Below are positions 1-16,397 of a stretch of DNA of 64,000 nucleotides, piece after piece. Source of the DNA: Eledone cirrhosa (lineage: Eukaryota); NCBI GenBank assembly GCA_964016885.1, contig OZ024742.1, forward strand, positions 324,446,001 through 324,510,000, given 5' to 3'. The number at the start of each line of letters is the position of its first letter. Within the stretch, counting starts at the first letter, position 1. The notes below the pieces were generated by a model. It did not search any database. It was given only the letters and a program-made list of their open reading frames with translations, and was not told where the DNA came from. Both the position numbers and the translations under genes were made by a program.

Positions 1-849
1 ACAATTGAAATGCTGAGAGAATTTGTAAAGCAAGCATCGTCCATTAGCGTTAACACCTGACTAAAATGCAAACTTGTAGTTGTTATTCTGTTGAGAAACG
101 GAAATTTAGGGAAAATGCATGCAAACTAGAAAGAGAGCTGTCATGAAAAGGCATCAGAAAAATATCAATGATGCTAGAATCGTTACCGGAAGCAATAAAG
201 AAGTGCTCTCTTTTATTCCCATAGCTTGTTTAGAGTCATCTGCACCAATGCTGCCAAATATAATTTGTTGTGGGTAATTTGCTCTAAACGTCTCATCTTT
301 ACTGACAGCAATGGCTATGAATAATTATATCCATCCAACGGCGGCGGGTTGACAAAATAATTAGAGCTTCAACCAAAATTCTTCAGTAGTATTAATTACA
401 ATCCCTTACATTATCAGTTAAAATCCCGCAGAGGTCAACATTACTTGTCACCCTCCCCGGGCCTGAAACAATAAAATATCTTTCATGTATTTCAATGTTT
501 TTAATAAATTATACCTCCACTCACAATTTCTCTGACATTTTAAATGCTTTTAGAAATTATTATTTTCATCGAAAAAGCCGCGAGGTCTCAGTACTGCAAG
601 ACAAGGAATCATCTGCTAAATGTGCAGTGCAGTTGCTACCGTCGTACCTTTCTATAACTCGATTGTGTCCATAGCCAAGACATTCAATTATCTCTTGATC
701 AGTACACATAGATCTTCCAAAAGGTTCTTCGCCACTCCGGTCTACTACGTGGGAACTTTTCAAAGCCCCATTAGACTTCTTTGGAGGTTCTCAGCTAAAG
801 TCTATTTGGTGATGTCTTGTGTGTGACCATCTCAAAGCTCTCCCCCTTT

Positions 850-1111
<262 letters not shown>

Positions 1112-1332
1112 GTGGTGGATTGGCAGTATCTATAAAGCGTCGGACATCATGCTTCGTGGCATAGGGTTACGGCCCTTTACATTCTGAGTTCAAATCCCGC
1201 CGAAGTTTTATTTCCCTTTCATCCCTACGGGGTCGATAAAATAAAGCACCAATAATGCACTGGGGTCGATTTAATCGACTTTCCCCCTCACCCAAAATTA
1301 CTGGCCTTGTGCCTATAGTGGAAATCATTATT
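1112..1332 (+). mobile_element. tRNA-derived SINE (Meta-domain-like core), long variant
   Basis: A-box-like TGGCAGTATC, B box GAGTTCAAATCC, core CCTTTCATCCCTACGGGGTCGATAAAATAAAG, (ATT)n tail; many related copies in the window. Confidence 0.9.
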
Positions 1333-1554
1333 ATAAATCTGGGAAACAATGAAGTCTGAATCACTTTTATTTCAAGTAAGAGTGAACAAGAAAAAGCCCC
1401 AATGATATCGACAGCTTATAACTAAAAGCTGTGCTTAGGAGGCTTCTGACTACATTCATCATCTATCAGATAAAATCAAAGACTATATATTTATGAATAA
1501 ATATCTTTATGCATTATATATATATATATATATATATAATGCACACGTAGAAAC

Positions 1555-1656
<102 letters not shown>

Positions 1657-1764
1657 GCGTGTGTATGTGTGTGTTTCTCCCTCTCTCTCTCTCTCTAAAT
1701 ATATATGTATATAGATACATAATGCTTACCCAGACACATATATATGCATATATATATGTGTATA

Positions 1765-1801
<37 letters not shown>

Positions 1802-2113
1802 TTGTATATAAAATGTTCTTCTATAGGTAGTTTAGATGTTTATTCTCTGAAGATTAATCTGATTTCAGTCTTTACAGAAGGAGAAGCAGAAGTACATTAT
1901 ATGTCGTTACTGGATTCCGCCATTGCAAATGTATTACTGTTTGAGAAACGTTGATCTATGCAGGAAAATATTTCGACATATGTAAATCCTTTAAGTTATT
2001 CTTAACTAGCTTAAGTAACAGGAGAACTAATCTGGATATAACAATTTTATAAACGGCATTTCTTAATTTACTATTACAAACCGACTATGGGATTATATAC
2101 TCGTATATATATG

Positions 2114-2154
<41 letters not shown>

Positions 2155-2329
2155 GCATGGGTGTATGAGTATGTATTGTGTGTGTATGTGCGTGTGTGTA
2201 TGTGTGTATGTAAACGTTAATCCCTAAAGAACGTAATAGATGTATATATGCTTTTACATTTACTGGCACACTAGCGCGCAAACAAACAAGGGATACTGGT
2301 ACACACACACACATATATATATATATATG

Positions 2330-2414
<85 letters not shown>

Positions 2415-2758
2415 GTGTGTATACATATGTGTATATATATGTGTATAGTTTTAATGGCCTTTCCAATACGAAATCCTCGGAGCGAAGAAATTACTTGGTG
2501 AAGCGATTTTAGAGATATTCACTGGATGCTTTTGACGATTTATGTGTCAAAGAATTCTGTTGTGTCAGGTTGTACAACTGGAGAGCATAATACTTTGCAT
2601 TACTGTGAAGTATAACAGACATGACATGACGGGGACGGGGCGACACTGATGGTGTGACGTCAGCGGTGACGACGCTGGCGACGGCTACTGCAGAAAGAAC
2701 AACAAAGTTGCCGCTGCTGCTTCTCCTCCTCCTCCTCCTCCTCCTCCTCCTCCTCCTC

Positions 2759-2815
<57 letters not shown>

Positions 2816-2869
2816 ATACTACTACTACTACTACTAGCGTTAAGTTAGGAACCCCACCCTATTCTCCAA

Positions 2870-3965
2870 GAGTATCATACGACAGTGCCCCTCTCCTTTC
2901 CAATTCTCCTGCCTACAGGCGCATAGTCAGAGGAGGCCTATCCACTCGGGCCATTACATTTCCCATCCCCTTTTATCAAATGTAATGGGGGCAGTACTTC
3001 CCTGTCCATCTCCACTTTACCTTCCAAGTTGATGAGGGCTTGGCCAAAGAGGAAAGTATCTGTCTTCAGAAACGTCCATCAGACAACCTCATTCATTACA
3101 GTCACCAGATAGAGAAAACTGCCTGCCCTTCGGGGCCAAATGAAGGTGGTGGGGAGATCTTCAGGGACTCGTTCGATAGTTGAATCCTACACGCGATAAT
3201 AGCTCTTCGACAAAAGTCCACAAATTTGTAATGCACGGACCCTGGATGAGTGTAACGAGAACGGTTTCATCGCCTTCCGAGCATCTCCGACTGTGTCCAT
3301 CTGACCACATTTCCTTACTTTTAGAGATTGTCTCGAACTAGCAGAGCCCTTCCCCCGTAGCACAGCCGGGGATTTCTGGAAAATGTCTATGTTCCCGACT
3401 CGAAAGTTCTCCGAAACAGACAACTTAGTTCGATTTCGTTAACGCCCAGATTTTATTCGAGAACGTCGTCGTACTTGCCCACCACTAGTTCTCTATAGAT
3501 GGCTAGAGTAGAATTTTCAGTGACCGCATAACCCAACTAGTAGAGGGCAGTGAGTGCCTGACAACATTCCAGATACCAAGTGCCCAGTCAAAGAGGCGAG
3601 CTGCGGGAAGACCTGTCACACAAAAAGCAACCACACCAGTTCACAATATAGGAACACCTGAAGATGTTTGCGTATCATCAGTCACAGCATGCCCAGCCCA
3701 CTGCATTGGAGGTGTTGTCATCAGATGGACCTCCTCACCAGTGGAACCCCCCCGGCTACAACCCCCCCCCCCCAAAAAAAAACAGGCACTCCAATTTGGT
3801 GAGATGCGGACCAGGGTAAGGCTCAACGGTCAGGCGGTGAGGACGGACGCAATGTACAAGTTCGCAACATCCATCTGACAATTCCGAGATAATTTCTCTC
3901 GGCCCATTTCTGGTTGAGTGTGGCCACCCTGCTGCTTATCTCGTCCCAGTTCTTATTCACCTGGG
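2870..3965 (-). mobile_element. Degenerate Tx1/L1-clade LINE ORF2 C-terminal fragment (post-RT region and zf-RVT)
   Basis: Frameshifted minus-strand translation gives NKNWDEISSRVATLNQKWAER, VPLVRRSI, SGLGML, FQKS..ALLVRDNL, DETVL..LIQ..NLWTFVEEL, the typical order of L1/Tx1 motifs. Confidence 0.75.
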
Positions 3966-4929
3966 GAAAAACTAATGATATTATTTATCTTAAAAATGTG
4001 TCTACCAATCCGTCGTCAAACGTTCGGCAAATGGAAGGTTCTTCATTTTCATCACAACCTTCCTATTCTTTTATTTCTTGCTCTCCTCTCTTCCTTGTCG
4101 GTCGCTCTAACCGACATTGTATTAAAAAGAAAATTTGGAAATTTTTGAAAATATTCGGTCAACGAATTCGGCTTTGTAAGGAACTCTCCACCACGGCCTA
4201 CCACCTTCAACACTATCACCTCCAATTCATCACTGAAATTCTTCTTTCTTTAATTTTCGTGCGTTACCACACATTGAATCATCCACGAACATTAGTTGTT
4301 TTTCTTAGTGAAAAGTTTTCTACCACCTTGTTCAACTCTTTTCCATCTCTGTAGAAATGAATGCTGTAAATGCCCAGCCATAACGACCCTTCTTACTGCT
4401 TAACAGCCGATTCCGAGAGGTAAAGGGAGAATTGGCAAAAAACAACCAAGAATCGATCCCAGTAATTGATTTGTACTTTCTATTTATCGACCCTGGAAAG
4501 ATGAGGGGCAAAGTTAACGTCGGTGTTTTAAACCCAGAATGGAGAACGTAGACGAGAGCCAGGGAGAATATCATAAGGCATTGACACTTTAACGCCTCTG
4601 CAATGTCACTGCTCTTTCAATACGATTACTACAAGGGATGTCACGACCACCATGCTCACAAGCCAATAACACTACCATAACCACAACCACAACCATTTCA
4701 GTCAACATTATTATCATTATCCAACAATGATAACAAAGAATTTTTAAAATCATAAAATTTATTGTGCGTAACAGCAAGGCAACAGAACTGCATGACAGTA
4801 ATTATGGCAACAGAGAAAGAAAAAAGAGGCAATTTGGAAGAAATAAAGGAAATCCAAAGAAATAAAATCCGAAAATATATTGCTATTGAAAAGGAAATAT
4901 GACGGAAAGATAAAAGTTAAAATTATGAT

Positions 4930-5852
<923 letters not shown>

Positions 5853-6315
5853 ATATGGAAAGAGATAGAGGTAGATAGAGAATAGTCAACAAGCGCCATC
5901 ATTAAAACAAGAGAATAGCGAGCGTGAAGGAAGTGTGTGTGTGTGTGTCTGTCTGTGTGTATGTGTGTGTGCGTGAGAGAGAGAGAGAGATATTTAACGA
6001 GAAAGAGAGAGAGTTAAAGAGAGAGAGAGGGAGAAAATGGGAGATATGATGATGATGATGATGATGATAAAACTAATACATGACAGCTAGAGACAACAAG
6101 CATTGGCAAACGAAGGGGGTATAATACAATAAAGTCATACATTGGAAAATCGCTGACGTTACTTTTGAAAGTGCATGCAGATAAGGAGATAACTTCCATT
6201 TTGTTTTTCTATTTTCTGCTTCTTCCTCTCTTCTTGCCAACTGCCTAATGTACCTGTAATAATCCTTATTATATAAATATTCTTTAAGAACTTTAATGTC
6301 AGCAACATACCTCGG

Positions 6316-6369
<54 letters not shown>

Positions 6370-7254
6370 GGATGATGATGATGATGATGATGATGAAGGT
6401 TAGTTTTACTGTTGTTATTATGTTTGAGAAAAATTATTGCATGTTTCCTCCAAATCTCAGGCTATGCGGCATTTTTATTTCATCTTTTTCTCACTCAAAA
6501 TTGTTCCATCTTCATTTTATGTGACTTTTCATAAGTGTGCAGTTCTTTTTTTTTTTACAAATATTATATCACAGCACTTGTGTCTTTATTAGAATACTAG
6601 AATTTTTTTTTATAGATGTGTGTTTTGTGTTTGAAGCTATGCTGCTACCATTTCAGTTTAGGCCTTTATGTCTGTTTTAATAGCCTGACAACTCCGACAA
6701 ATTGGTTCTGTTTGCGACTGTATTAAAACCCCCACAAAAATATTTCTAATTTAAAGTCTGCATACATACTTACATTGCTGATAGTCTACTTTATATTCCA
6801 AGCTGTTGTGGTTGCATTATTGATAAATAAAGCAGTTTCTGCTTTCGTGAGTCTTACTAATGACATTTTGCAGGTTTGCTTGTGTCTCTTTGTTGCAATC
6901 GTGTATAGAAGAATATACACGATTCTTTACAAAATACTACTGAGGATCTGTCGTTTTCAGACACTATCTGCATTTCATATAATCTTGTTGATTTACTGGT
7001 TGTTATTTTTGTTATTTAACTTCAGGTCAACACTGATAAAGTAAAGCATGGTATGAAACATTTGAGCCTTGACAATAGTTCTATTTTAAGATAGAGTGTA
7101 TCAAGGAGTACACAGCGTTAGAGTTATCGTTTTACGCCCGTTTTTCCATGCTTGTGTGTGTCCACGAAGCCCAGAGTTTATTCTGCTTACACAACTTTAT
7201 CAGACTCCTCTCTAACCATAATGCTTGGTTGGTAGGGCTAATCCCAGCTACCAT

Positions 7255-7400
7255 TGATACTCACTCACAGTTGAGTGAACTGGAGAAACGTGAGCCAGTT
7301 ATGTTCAAGGACATAATGGGTCAACAAGTCTGGAAATCGAACTCACGACCTTATGATCGTGAAAGCAACACCCTAACAACTAGTTCATGCGTCTTCACTT
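7255..7400 (-). mobile_element. Degenerate tRNA-derived SINE (second family, V/CORE-like)
   Basis: Minus strand resembles the heads at 39517, 46600 and 48450 (GTTAGGGTGTTGC..GGTCGTGAGTTCGATTTCC..CCTTGAAC). Confidence 0.55.
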
Positions 7401-7943
7401 AAGGACTATATCACCCAAGGTGTATTTCTTTCCCCTTTTTTCCCCTAGGTATTTGCAGTGTGATTTGAGCCGGATTTAGCTACTGTGTTATGGATCCCCT
7501 GTCGAATAGCTTTGAACCAGTTTTATAATATTGACACAGTTCCCAGTGTGATAATCATCAAACTTGTTATATGAGACATCACACGAAAATTTCACGAAGA
7601 CTGAACATTTTGAGACAGTGACAAAAATTGTAATTGCTAACTTAAACATAGTTTTAAATTATTACAGTATCTGTGTAGCAGTTATTGGCAGTTTGAATCT
7701 GACCTTGTATCTGTCAGAGGAGACGTTCACTCTCAGTTTAAAATCTTCAGTAATTGAACCAATGTCATGATTAATGAAGGTGTATATACCTGAGGTTAGC
7801 AGTAGACTGGTTGAACTGCAGTCATGTCTCTAGAGGAATATATGAAATGATTAATCTTGTCAATTGCATTTATCATTGTAAATCGACACTTTATGTATAG
7901 CGATATTATAAAAAAAGGTGGTTAGCATCAGAAACACACACGC

Positions 7944-8048
<105 letters not shown>

Positions 8049-8161
8049 CATATATATATATCTAGGGAGTGTAACTTGGAGTTACTGTAGGTTCATATAT
8101 ATATATATTCATATATATATATTATGAAAATAAACCAAAGAAGCCTTCAATACATCAAAAG

Positions 8162-8216
8162 TCTTTATTAGCCAACAATGTTTCGTCCTATTAAGGACTC
8201 ATCAGGGCAATTAAAG
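8162..8216 (-). ncRNA. Type I hammerhead ribozyme (family A, intact core)
   Basis: Minus strand reads CTTTAATTGCC CTGATGA GTCC TTAATA GGAC GAAA C ATT G TT GGCTAATAAAG: canonical core, stems I and II, GUU cleavage triplet. Confidence 0.85.
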
Positions 8217-8486
8217 CTATAAGAAGCACTATCGGCCAATAAATACCATATTATTTTTAATAAAAATGTAATTAAACTTTCATTCTCTACCACCCCTAAT
8301 ATTAGTTCTCATTTAGCTAGCACTAACAATGGGAAAATTAGGGATGGATACTCCTCTCTACGTACTACTAGTCTGAATAGATCCATAAATGCCTTACCAC
8401 CTGAGCAGACCTTATGTCATAGTAACCCTACGTGTGATGCATCACTACTTCAGCCGATCAATAGCACCCGGAAGTGTAACTGTAGA

Positions 8487-8927
8487 GTGCGTGCTAACTG
8501 CCCTTTGAACGGTAACTGCCTCTCTAAGAACATCGTTTATGCTTGTGTAGTTAAAACCAATTCCTCTAATAGCACATATATAGGCTCTACATCTAACACT
8601 TTTAAGACTAGGTTTAATTCTCATATCTCTAATTTTAAACATGTTAAGTTTAAGAATTCTACTTCTTTAGCACACCATATCTGGGATCTTAAGGGGGCTA
8701 ATATACCATATAGCCTTAATTGGCGAATAGTAGCACGCTCTAATAACCTTTCAACACATACTAAATTTTGTAATCTCTGTATCCTTGAGACCCACTCTAT
8801 AATTTTCTCTAGGGAAACCTTACTTAATAGAAAGTCTGAGATATTCTCTTCTTGCCCCCACGCCATTTCAAATTCTTACTTTTATTATAAACCTAAAGGT
8901 TCTAGTAGTGTAAATTGTATCCATTAG
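8487..8927 (+). pseudogene. Penelope-type GIY-YIG endonuclease domain (ORF remnant)
   Basis: CNC..NCPLNGNCL, NIVY...TYIGSTSNTFKTRFNSH, SLAHHIWDLK, CNLCILE, LLNRKSEIFSSCPH. Confidence 0.92.
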
Positions 8928-10654
8928 CTGCTATATTCCCTTATCTTTTTAGTTTAGGTTCATTTTGTTTACCACCATCATTATCATCATTATTATTATT
9001 GGTTTTTAACAGCTTTTCATTCTAGCTTTCATAGTCATTTGGCTACCATACCATATCTATCTTCTTAAATATTATATTTTCACTATTAACACCTTATGAG
9101 TTTATATCTGATTATATATTTTATTTTATATTATTTTATTTTATTTTATTTGGATTCTTCTTTGGATAACTAACCCCTCCCCCACACACACACTTGTCAT
9201 TCGCCCCTTCAAATATACTATAATTATATTCAATTCTCTTTTATGCTCCTTTCTATTGTATAATACAGTATATTGATTATGATTTTATGCTCCTTCGTAT
9301 CCTCCATACATTTCTTTTTTCTGTCCCCATTGGCCTACCATAATTCTATTTAAAGTCCGTTTATTAGATAACGTTATTCAACTGATAGTAGAATATTTTA
9401 TTCTTTTCCAGATATTTTTATAGTGATATCTTAATATTTGGAGACTTTGATTACTTAAACCATAGCTAATTTTGTATTGACTTATTATGTATTTTAAATA
9501 CTTTCAATATTAATTAATTTAATAGGGTTTTCTAGTCATTTATCCGGGTTTGTTTCCTAAATTTTTTACTTAACTGCATGTGACACCTAAGTAAATACTT
9601 TTGTTTTTGTTTTTCGATTTCCGGTTGATTTTATTTATATATTTATACTACCGTGCGTAGTTTTCTGTCTGGTTCTCATTCACTTATTCACAAATGTCTG
9701 TCCACCAACCACGTAATTATGTATATTATATTATGTTCAATATTTTATATTGAAGTTTTATATCATTTCACTCTTTGTATACGTACTACTGATCTTTATT
9801 ATTTACCGATTATTAAATGTACCATTAAGTTATGTTAAATTTTGTAAATTCTGTAATATGTTTATATTTTTATAATTTTTATAATTTTTGTAATGTTTGG
9901 ATAATATTTATTTACACCAATTGTATAGAAATTTGACCTCCATCTGTTTTCTTGCAATGGTTTTGATATTTTTCCAACATAATTTAGTTCTGTACAATAT
10001 TTTTTCTCACCCGGTCTGTAACTCTATATGATTTGTTAAGTTATATGCCATTATATTATAATATTGTTATTATAGTGTTATTGTAACATTTATATTGTTT
10101 GTGCAAATTAACCGGAGATTATCTGTTATATAATTATATAGTTTATTATATATTATATGTTTACTTTTAATCATTTATTCTTCATTTTATACTGTAAATA
10201 ATATATGTATTATATTTTTATTTTTATTTTTATCTTTATTTTTATTCTTATTATTCTTATTATCCTTATTTATATTTAAACTCTTAATAAGGGTTAGTTT
10301 GTGCTTGTATTGATGGAAATGTGTATTGATATATATGTATATATGTGTACATATGTATATATATATATATATGTATATTGGGCCTTTTAATATTATTATT
10401 ATTATTATTATCAATTATATTTTATTATATTATATTATATATAGTACAATAATTTCCGCTCTATATCACCACCTTTGTTTAGCTTTAGTTTTTGCATTGG
10501 ACTATATTTGTAATATGGTTCAAAATGTTATTCACTTCCTTAGCAATTTTTACTAGATAATTTTTACCCGATAATTTTCCTATGCATTTAATGTATGTAC
10601 ACTCCATATTCTTCTGAGTTTTTGGCTTGTATTGGCCGATAGTGCTTCTTATAG

Positions 10655-10709
10655 CTTTAATTGCCCTGATGAGTCCTTAATAGGATGAAACATTGTTGGC
10701 TAATAAAGA
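10655..10709 (+). ncRNA. Type I hammerhead ribozyme (family A, sense copy)
   Basis: GCC CTGATGA GTCC TTAATA GGAT GAAAC ATT GTT GGC; one C>T change leaves a G-U pair in stem II. Confidence 0.8.
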
Positions 10710-10847
10710 CTTTTGATGTATTGAAGGCTTCTTTGGTTTATTTTCATAATTCTTCGGCTCTGTTTAATTACATTGAGCTATACTTTTACTGTCATTTCTA
10801 TAATACGAAGAGGGTGTTTAACTCCAACACACTCTAGTATTTTAATT

Positions 10848-10934
<87 letters not shown>

Positions 10935-10935
10935 G

Positions 10936-10991
<56 letters not shown>

Positions 10992-10992
10992 C

Positions 10993-11605
10993 ATGGTGGT
11001 GGCTGCCAACTAGTTTTCGAGTACGGCCACTATTTTATATCCATGTAGGAGAACCCCTACCAATGCGCTGAACGAATGTGACTTTTTAGTCCAGCCAACG
11101 ACTTGAAAACTCTGGTACAAACACTACACTTGTGACAATTATTGACACATAGTGCTGGGCCCATGATACCATGTGACGACAAGTGCAGAGAGATCTCCAG
11201 ATATAAAGCAATACCTGTGCCGTGAAGCATTTATAGTGAGCAAAGGCACTGCACAAACCCAGTCCCACTCTCTTAACCAAGATGATATTTACCAAAGGGA
11301 AGAACAAGTCAAAATCATTGGATACCATCAGGGTTGCAGCTGTTATATCAGAGTTTTCCTTCTCCTAGAATTCTGCCTTGACAAAGGCTAAGGGGTCATC
11401 TCTCCCGGTGATTTTGGATGGCCATTGACTCTTAAGAGCTCCTTTGCCCTTTGACAGGTTTTGTTTTTAGTCCTGCAGGATATCCAAAGTCACCCTCCTC
11501 ACCAAGAAACCTTGGTGGGGTTGCCAGTTTAGTCGCCAACGACGCGACCATGGGACAGGTTGTACTGGGATACATGTTACCAGTAGCACCAACTGGTGAC
11601 CTGAC
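10993..11605 (-). mobile_element. ~610-bp dispersed repeat, probably RTE-derived non-autonomous element (copy 1)
   Basis: Co-terminal near-identical copy at 25035-25641; the minus-strand motif CTAGGAGAAGGAAAACTCTGA resembles RTE 5' regions; microsatellite flanks. Confidence 0.7.
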
Positions 11606-11704
11606 ATACATACATATATATACATACATTCATACATACATACATACGTACATACATACATACATACATACATACATACATACATACATACATACATACA
11701 TACA

Positions 11705-11738
<34 letters not shown>

Positions 11739-12099
11739 CATACATACATACATACGTACATACATACATATATATACATACATGATGACTGCAACTCGAT
11801 TTCGAGTAATGCCATCGCTTGATACTTAAGCATGAGCAGCACGGGCGTGGCTTTTTATTCATGCTAGAGACTTACCTACGGACAGCCGTGTCATACAATA
11901 CAAAAGATGCCACATATCATGCGATGACTTAACTAGAATATTTTTTAAGTGAGGAAAGGCTTTGCTAAGAGCCAATCCCAGTCTCTGAACATTTAATGTA
12001 TTTACCCCAAATATAGAATTAGTTTACATCATTGGATGAAAACAAAGTCGCAGGTTTTATATCAGAATGATCTTCTCATAGAGGAATGTCTTAATGAAG

Positions 12100-12458
<359 letters not shown>

Positions 12459-12463
12459 CACAC

Positions 12464-12499
<36 letters not shown>

Positions 12500-14116
12500 A
12501 TACATATATGCATACTTACATACGTAACCCCCATATATATATATACATGCAAGGAGTTAGATGCTTACAAGATAGAAAGAGTTTATGCGAGACAACACAT
12601 CGGAATTTTACTGTGGCATCGTAAAACATAGTAGATGTTACAAGATGAACACAAAAGAAATGTAATGAATCATGAAAGAGCATCCGGTGATTCTGTATAT
12701 TTTTGAGACCATGGATCAGCACCTGAAAAGATCCTGTCTAAAACGAGCAGGCCTGGGCCAGATTTCTTGTGGAAGATCAGCATTTATCTATGCATGCAGG
12801 GCTCCCTTCACCCAACTGATGTTGTCCAAGAAAAGGTCAAGGTAGGACAGATCAGCTTGGGATCGGTGACATTTCAGGCAAAGTCAGAACATAAAAAGAA
12901 AAGAGATACTACAATGCATCTCGTTCGATTCTTTAACAATTATGCTCATCGAGCTCGCACCTTTGGACTGGTACGTTATTTATTAATATTAAAAGGATGA
13001 AAGTTAAAGTTACTCTCAGTGGGGTTTAACTCAGAACGCTGAGAGCCGGAAGCATTTATATACCGTGATATATTTAACTCAACGCACTAACGATCCTGAG
13101 AATTCGCCATCATGTAATAGCGTAACATATGCATAAAGTTAGTAGGAAGTATATCTGTGTTCAAACTACATTTTAAAAACATGATTAGAATCAATAGTTA
13201 TAGTAAATTGGCAGTCTTTGGGAATTGAAAGATTCAGTGAAGTTTCTCAGTGCAATCCGACTAGCAAAATATGGATAGGAAACTTGATACGATCAAAATA
13301 GATAAAACGAAAACAAGAGAATATGAAATACAAGAAACTTTAAGATATTCAATATGATAGCAGAAGAGATGTAAAAGGAAGAGATAACTTTGATAATTTG
13401 GCGAGGGAATTGAATAATTCTCTAGGATATGTGAGTTCAAAGCCATGTCTATTGATAAAAATGAACGTTGTTATATAGAAGAATATCACAATAAAAGATA
13501 TTTGAATTCTGATGACTGATAATCTATAATTTATTATTATTCTGCTTGTCACGGCGTTTGTGAACTTAAGTGTACACTTTAAAAAGCTGTAACTAGGGAA
13601 CGAAATCGAAGACTTGCAGAAAAATATTTAAATAATAAAAACAATGTTCGAACGTTATGCTTTCAATTGTGAAACGAATACGAAGACTCAATCGAAATTC
13701 AATACAAGTTCTAAATGTTACGCTTTTAGCAACCTTAATTATGGAATGAAATGAAATACATAATCAAAATTTTAACACTATTACAAAGAACAAGATTTCT
13801 TTTCTTCTTTAGTCAGGGAGGAAAAGGAAGTAAACATAAACCGTTTCTGAGAGTAGTGGGAGGCAGGAAGGGAGAAAGGCACCTTCAGACCGGAAACATA
13901 GTCTGGAGACAAAATAATGGAATCAACTATTGCTACTGCTGATAATGTTGAACATTGGTGATCTATAAATGTATGCAAGGAAATAGAAATAAGGAAGTTT
14001 ATATAACGCAGAATTTCCACAGAATTTCATGTTAATTTTTTATAATTGTGAGCTCGGAAAGCACAGTTATAAAGAGAAAAAAAAAGAAACACTTATTCTT
14101 TAGTGGTACTGCAAAT

Positions 14117-14334
14117 ATTGATTTCTAATCGAGGTAAAAGACCCAAAATTTGTTGGAAGGGCAAAGTCAATTATTTCGACTCCAGTATTTGACTGGTACT
14201 TTATTTTTCGACCCCGGAAGGATGAAAGACAAAGTCGATCTCGGCGGGGTTTGAACTCAGAATGTAAAAAGCCACAACAAATGTCACAAACCATTTTACC
14301 CAACGCTATAATGATTCTGTCAATCCACCGCCCC
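14117..14334 (-). mobile_element. tRNA-derived Meta-like SINE, long variant, diverged
   Basis: CGACCCCGGAAGGATGAAAG, TTTGAACTCAG, CAATCCACCGCC. Confidence 0.8.
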
Positions 14335-15039
14335 CTCATTCCGCAAGTAATAACATATATACTGGTTACATTTCATATATCAACTATTCCGTTAGAATTT
14401 TCATGCACATATTTTCGTCACATATTCAACAACCTTATTTGAATTCTTTGTTGCAGCTGCTTTTAAATTTTGTCTTGAGTTCGTTGTCGGTGTATTGCTA
14501 ACTGCTGTGTTACTATAACCATTACTGAGTGATTAACATGTTCACTACGCAATCATGACGTCTCAGGTTTAAACCCATTGCATGACGTCTTTGAAAAAGT
14601 GTCTTTATCTTTTTTATATCCTCTGGTTGACTCAAGCCTTGTGAGTTAAATTGGGTAAACAAACTGCATGGAATAGCGTCGGATGGTTTGTATCTTCTGC
14701 AATCCACATATAATACCGTTCCCCATCCTCATCCTCATCCTCCCCCTCCTTGCCATCATCATCGTCATCATCACCACCAGAATGTGTGTGTATGTGTGTT
14801 TGTGTGCGTGCGCGTGCGATTTGGACAACGACCCTTCAAAGTACAACGAAATCTCTTCTATAGTTTCAACTTAGTTTCACTCTAAAACAAATATAAATGG
14901 TAACATCCATTATTTGTTATATACAAATCCTAAGCAAATCTCCTTTTATTATAGAATTGGGAATAATTGTCTAAAAATTTGAATATTTAAATCCATTAAC
15001 ATTCTCCCCATCCAAAGAATAACGCCGCTGCAACCACTA

Positions 15040-15600
15040 TGACCAACACCAACACCACTACCACAACCATGACCACTATCACGACCACCAACATCACCAG
15101 TAATATCACCATGAACCTCCACCACTCCACCAACACAACAATGGCCATCCCCAACACTACCACCAACACCACAACCAACACTACAACCACTACCACGGCC
15201 ACCAACATCACCAATAATACCGCCACAAATATCTGTCACTCCACCACCACATCCATGACCATCCCCAACACCACCACCAACACCACAACCAACACTACAA
15301 CCACTACCACGGCCACCAACATCACCAGTAATACCGCCACAAATATCCGCCACTCCACCACCACATCCACCACTGCAAAACCACTTCCACGCCAATCAAC
15401 GCAATAACTACTACCATAAGTCGTACTATGAACACACCGACGTCATAAACAGAAGTACCACCACAATACTACTACCACCATCATAACCTTCACCAGAGCT
15501 ACCATCGTCACAATACCAACCACAACCATCATAACCACCACCGCCGCCACCACCACCACCACCACCACCATAATCAGCATAATCACCACCCCTACCACCA
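15040..15600. repeat. ACC-rich low-complexity tract containing ~3 copies of a 114-bp unit
   Basis: ACCAACATCACCA(G/A)TAATA at 15087, 15201 and 15315. Confidence 0.85.
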
Positions 15601-15647
15601 TCATAATCAGCAATATTACCATCATTAAAATTAATACATATATAAAT

Positions 15648-15716
<69 letters not shown>

Positions 15717-15800
15717 CACGTATATATATACGTATGTTTCTGTATGAAATATATTTATAAAATATATATTTACACAAAAACGCACATACAAACACGCGCA

Positions 15801-15943
<143 letters not shown>

Positions 15944-16397
15944 CACAAAAGTAAGTTAATTAGAACATACACTACAGCTAAATGGAGATAGAATGACATA
16001 CGTTTCTGCATGTTTGTTGTTGTTCATAAATGTGTTGTTCTTATTGTTAATACAGTTGTTATTGTTACAGTTGTTGTTAATACAGTTGCTGTACCAGTTG
16101 TAGTTGTTAATGTTGTTGTTGGTGATCATTTCGATGTGTTCATTAAATATTTGCCCTGAGGGATTCGGTTGATGAATTGAGTAGTTAACTGAAATATTTT
16201 ATAATTTCGCCGCGATGGAAAATGACGAAGTACGTGTTCATACATAAAAAAGAAGAAAAAGAAAAGAAAAAAAGAAAAAACAAAAACAAAAAAAACCCAA
16301 ACAAAAAGAAAAAAAACCCAAATAAAACACCCCAAACAAAATGAAAACAATAACACATCAAAACAAATGAAACATACACGCTTAAATATTTAATAAT

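Larger units (their letters stand above)
8121..10850 (+). mobile_element. 5'-truncated Penelope-like element (family A) with inverted 5' copy of its 3' region
   Basis: GIY-YIG ORF at 8487-8927; 8121-8241 is the reverse complement of 10630-10750; TA-rich repeat on both flanks. Confidence 0.88.

Noticed and set aside
566-826. Short ORFs, possibly the C-terminus of an R4-like LINE
   Set aside because: Only a faint motif resemblance, not enough to call.
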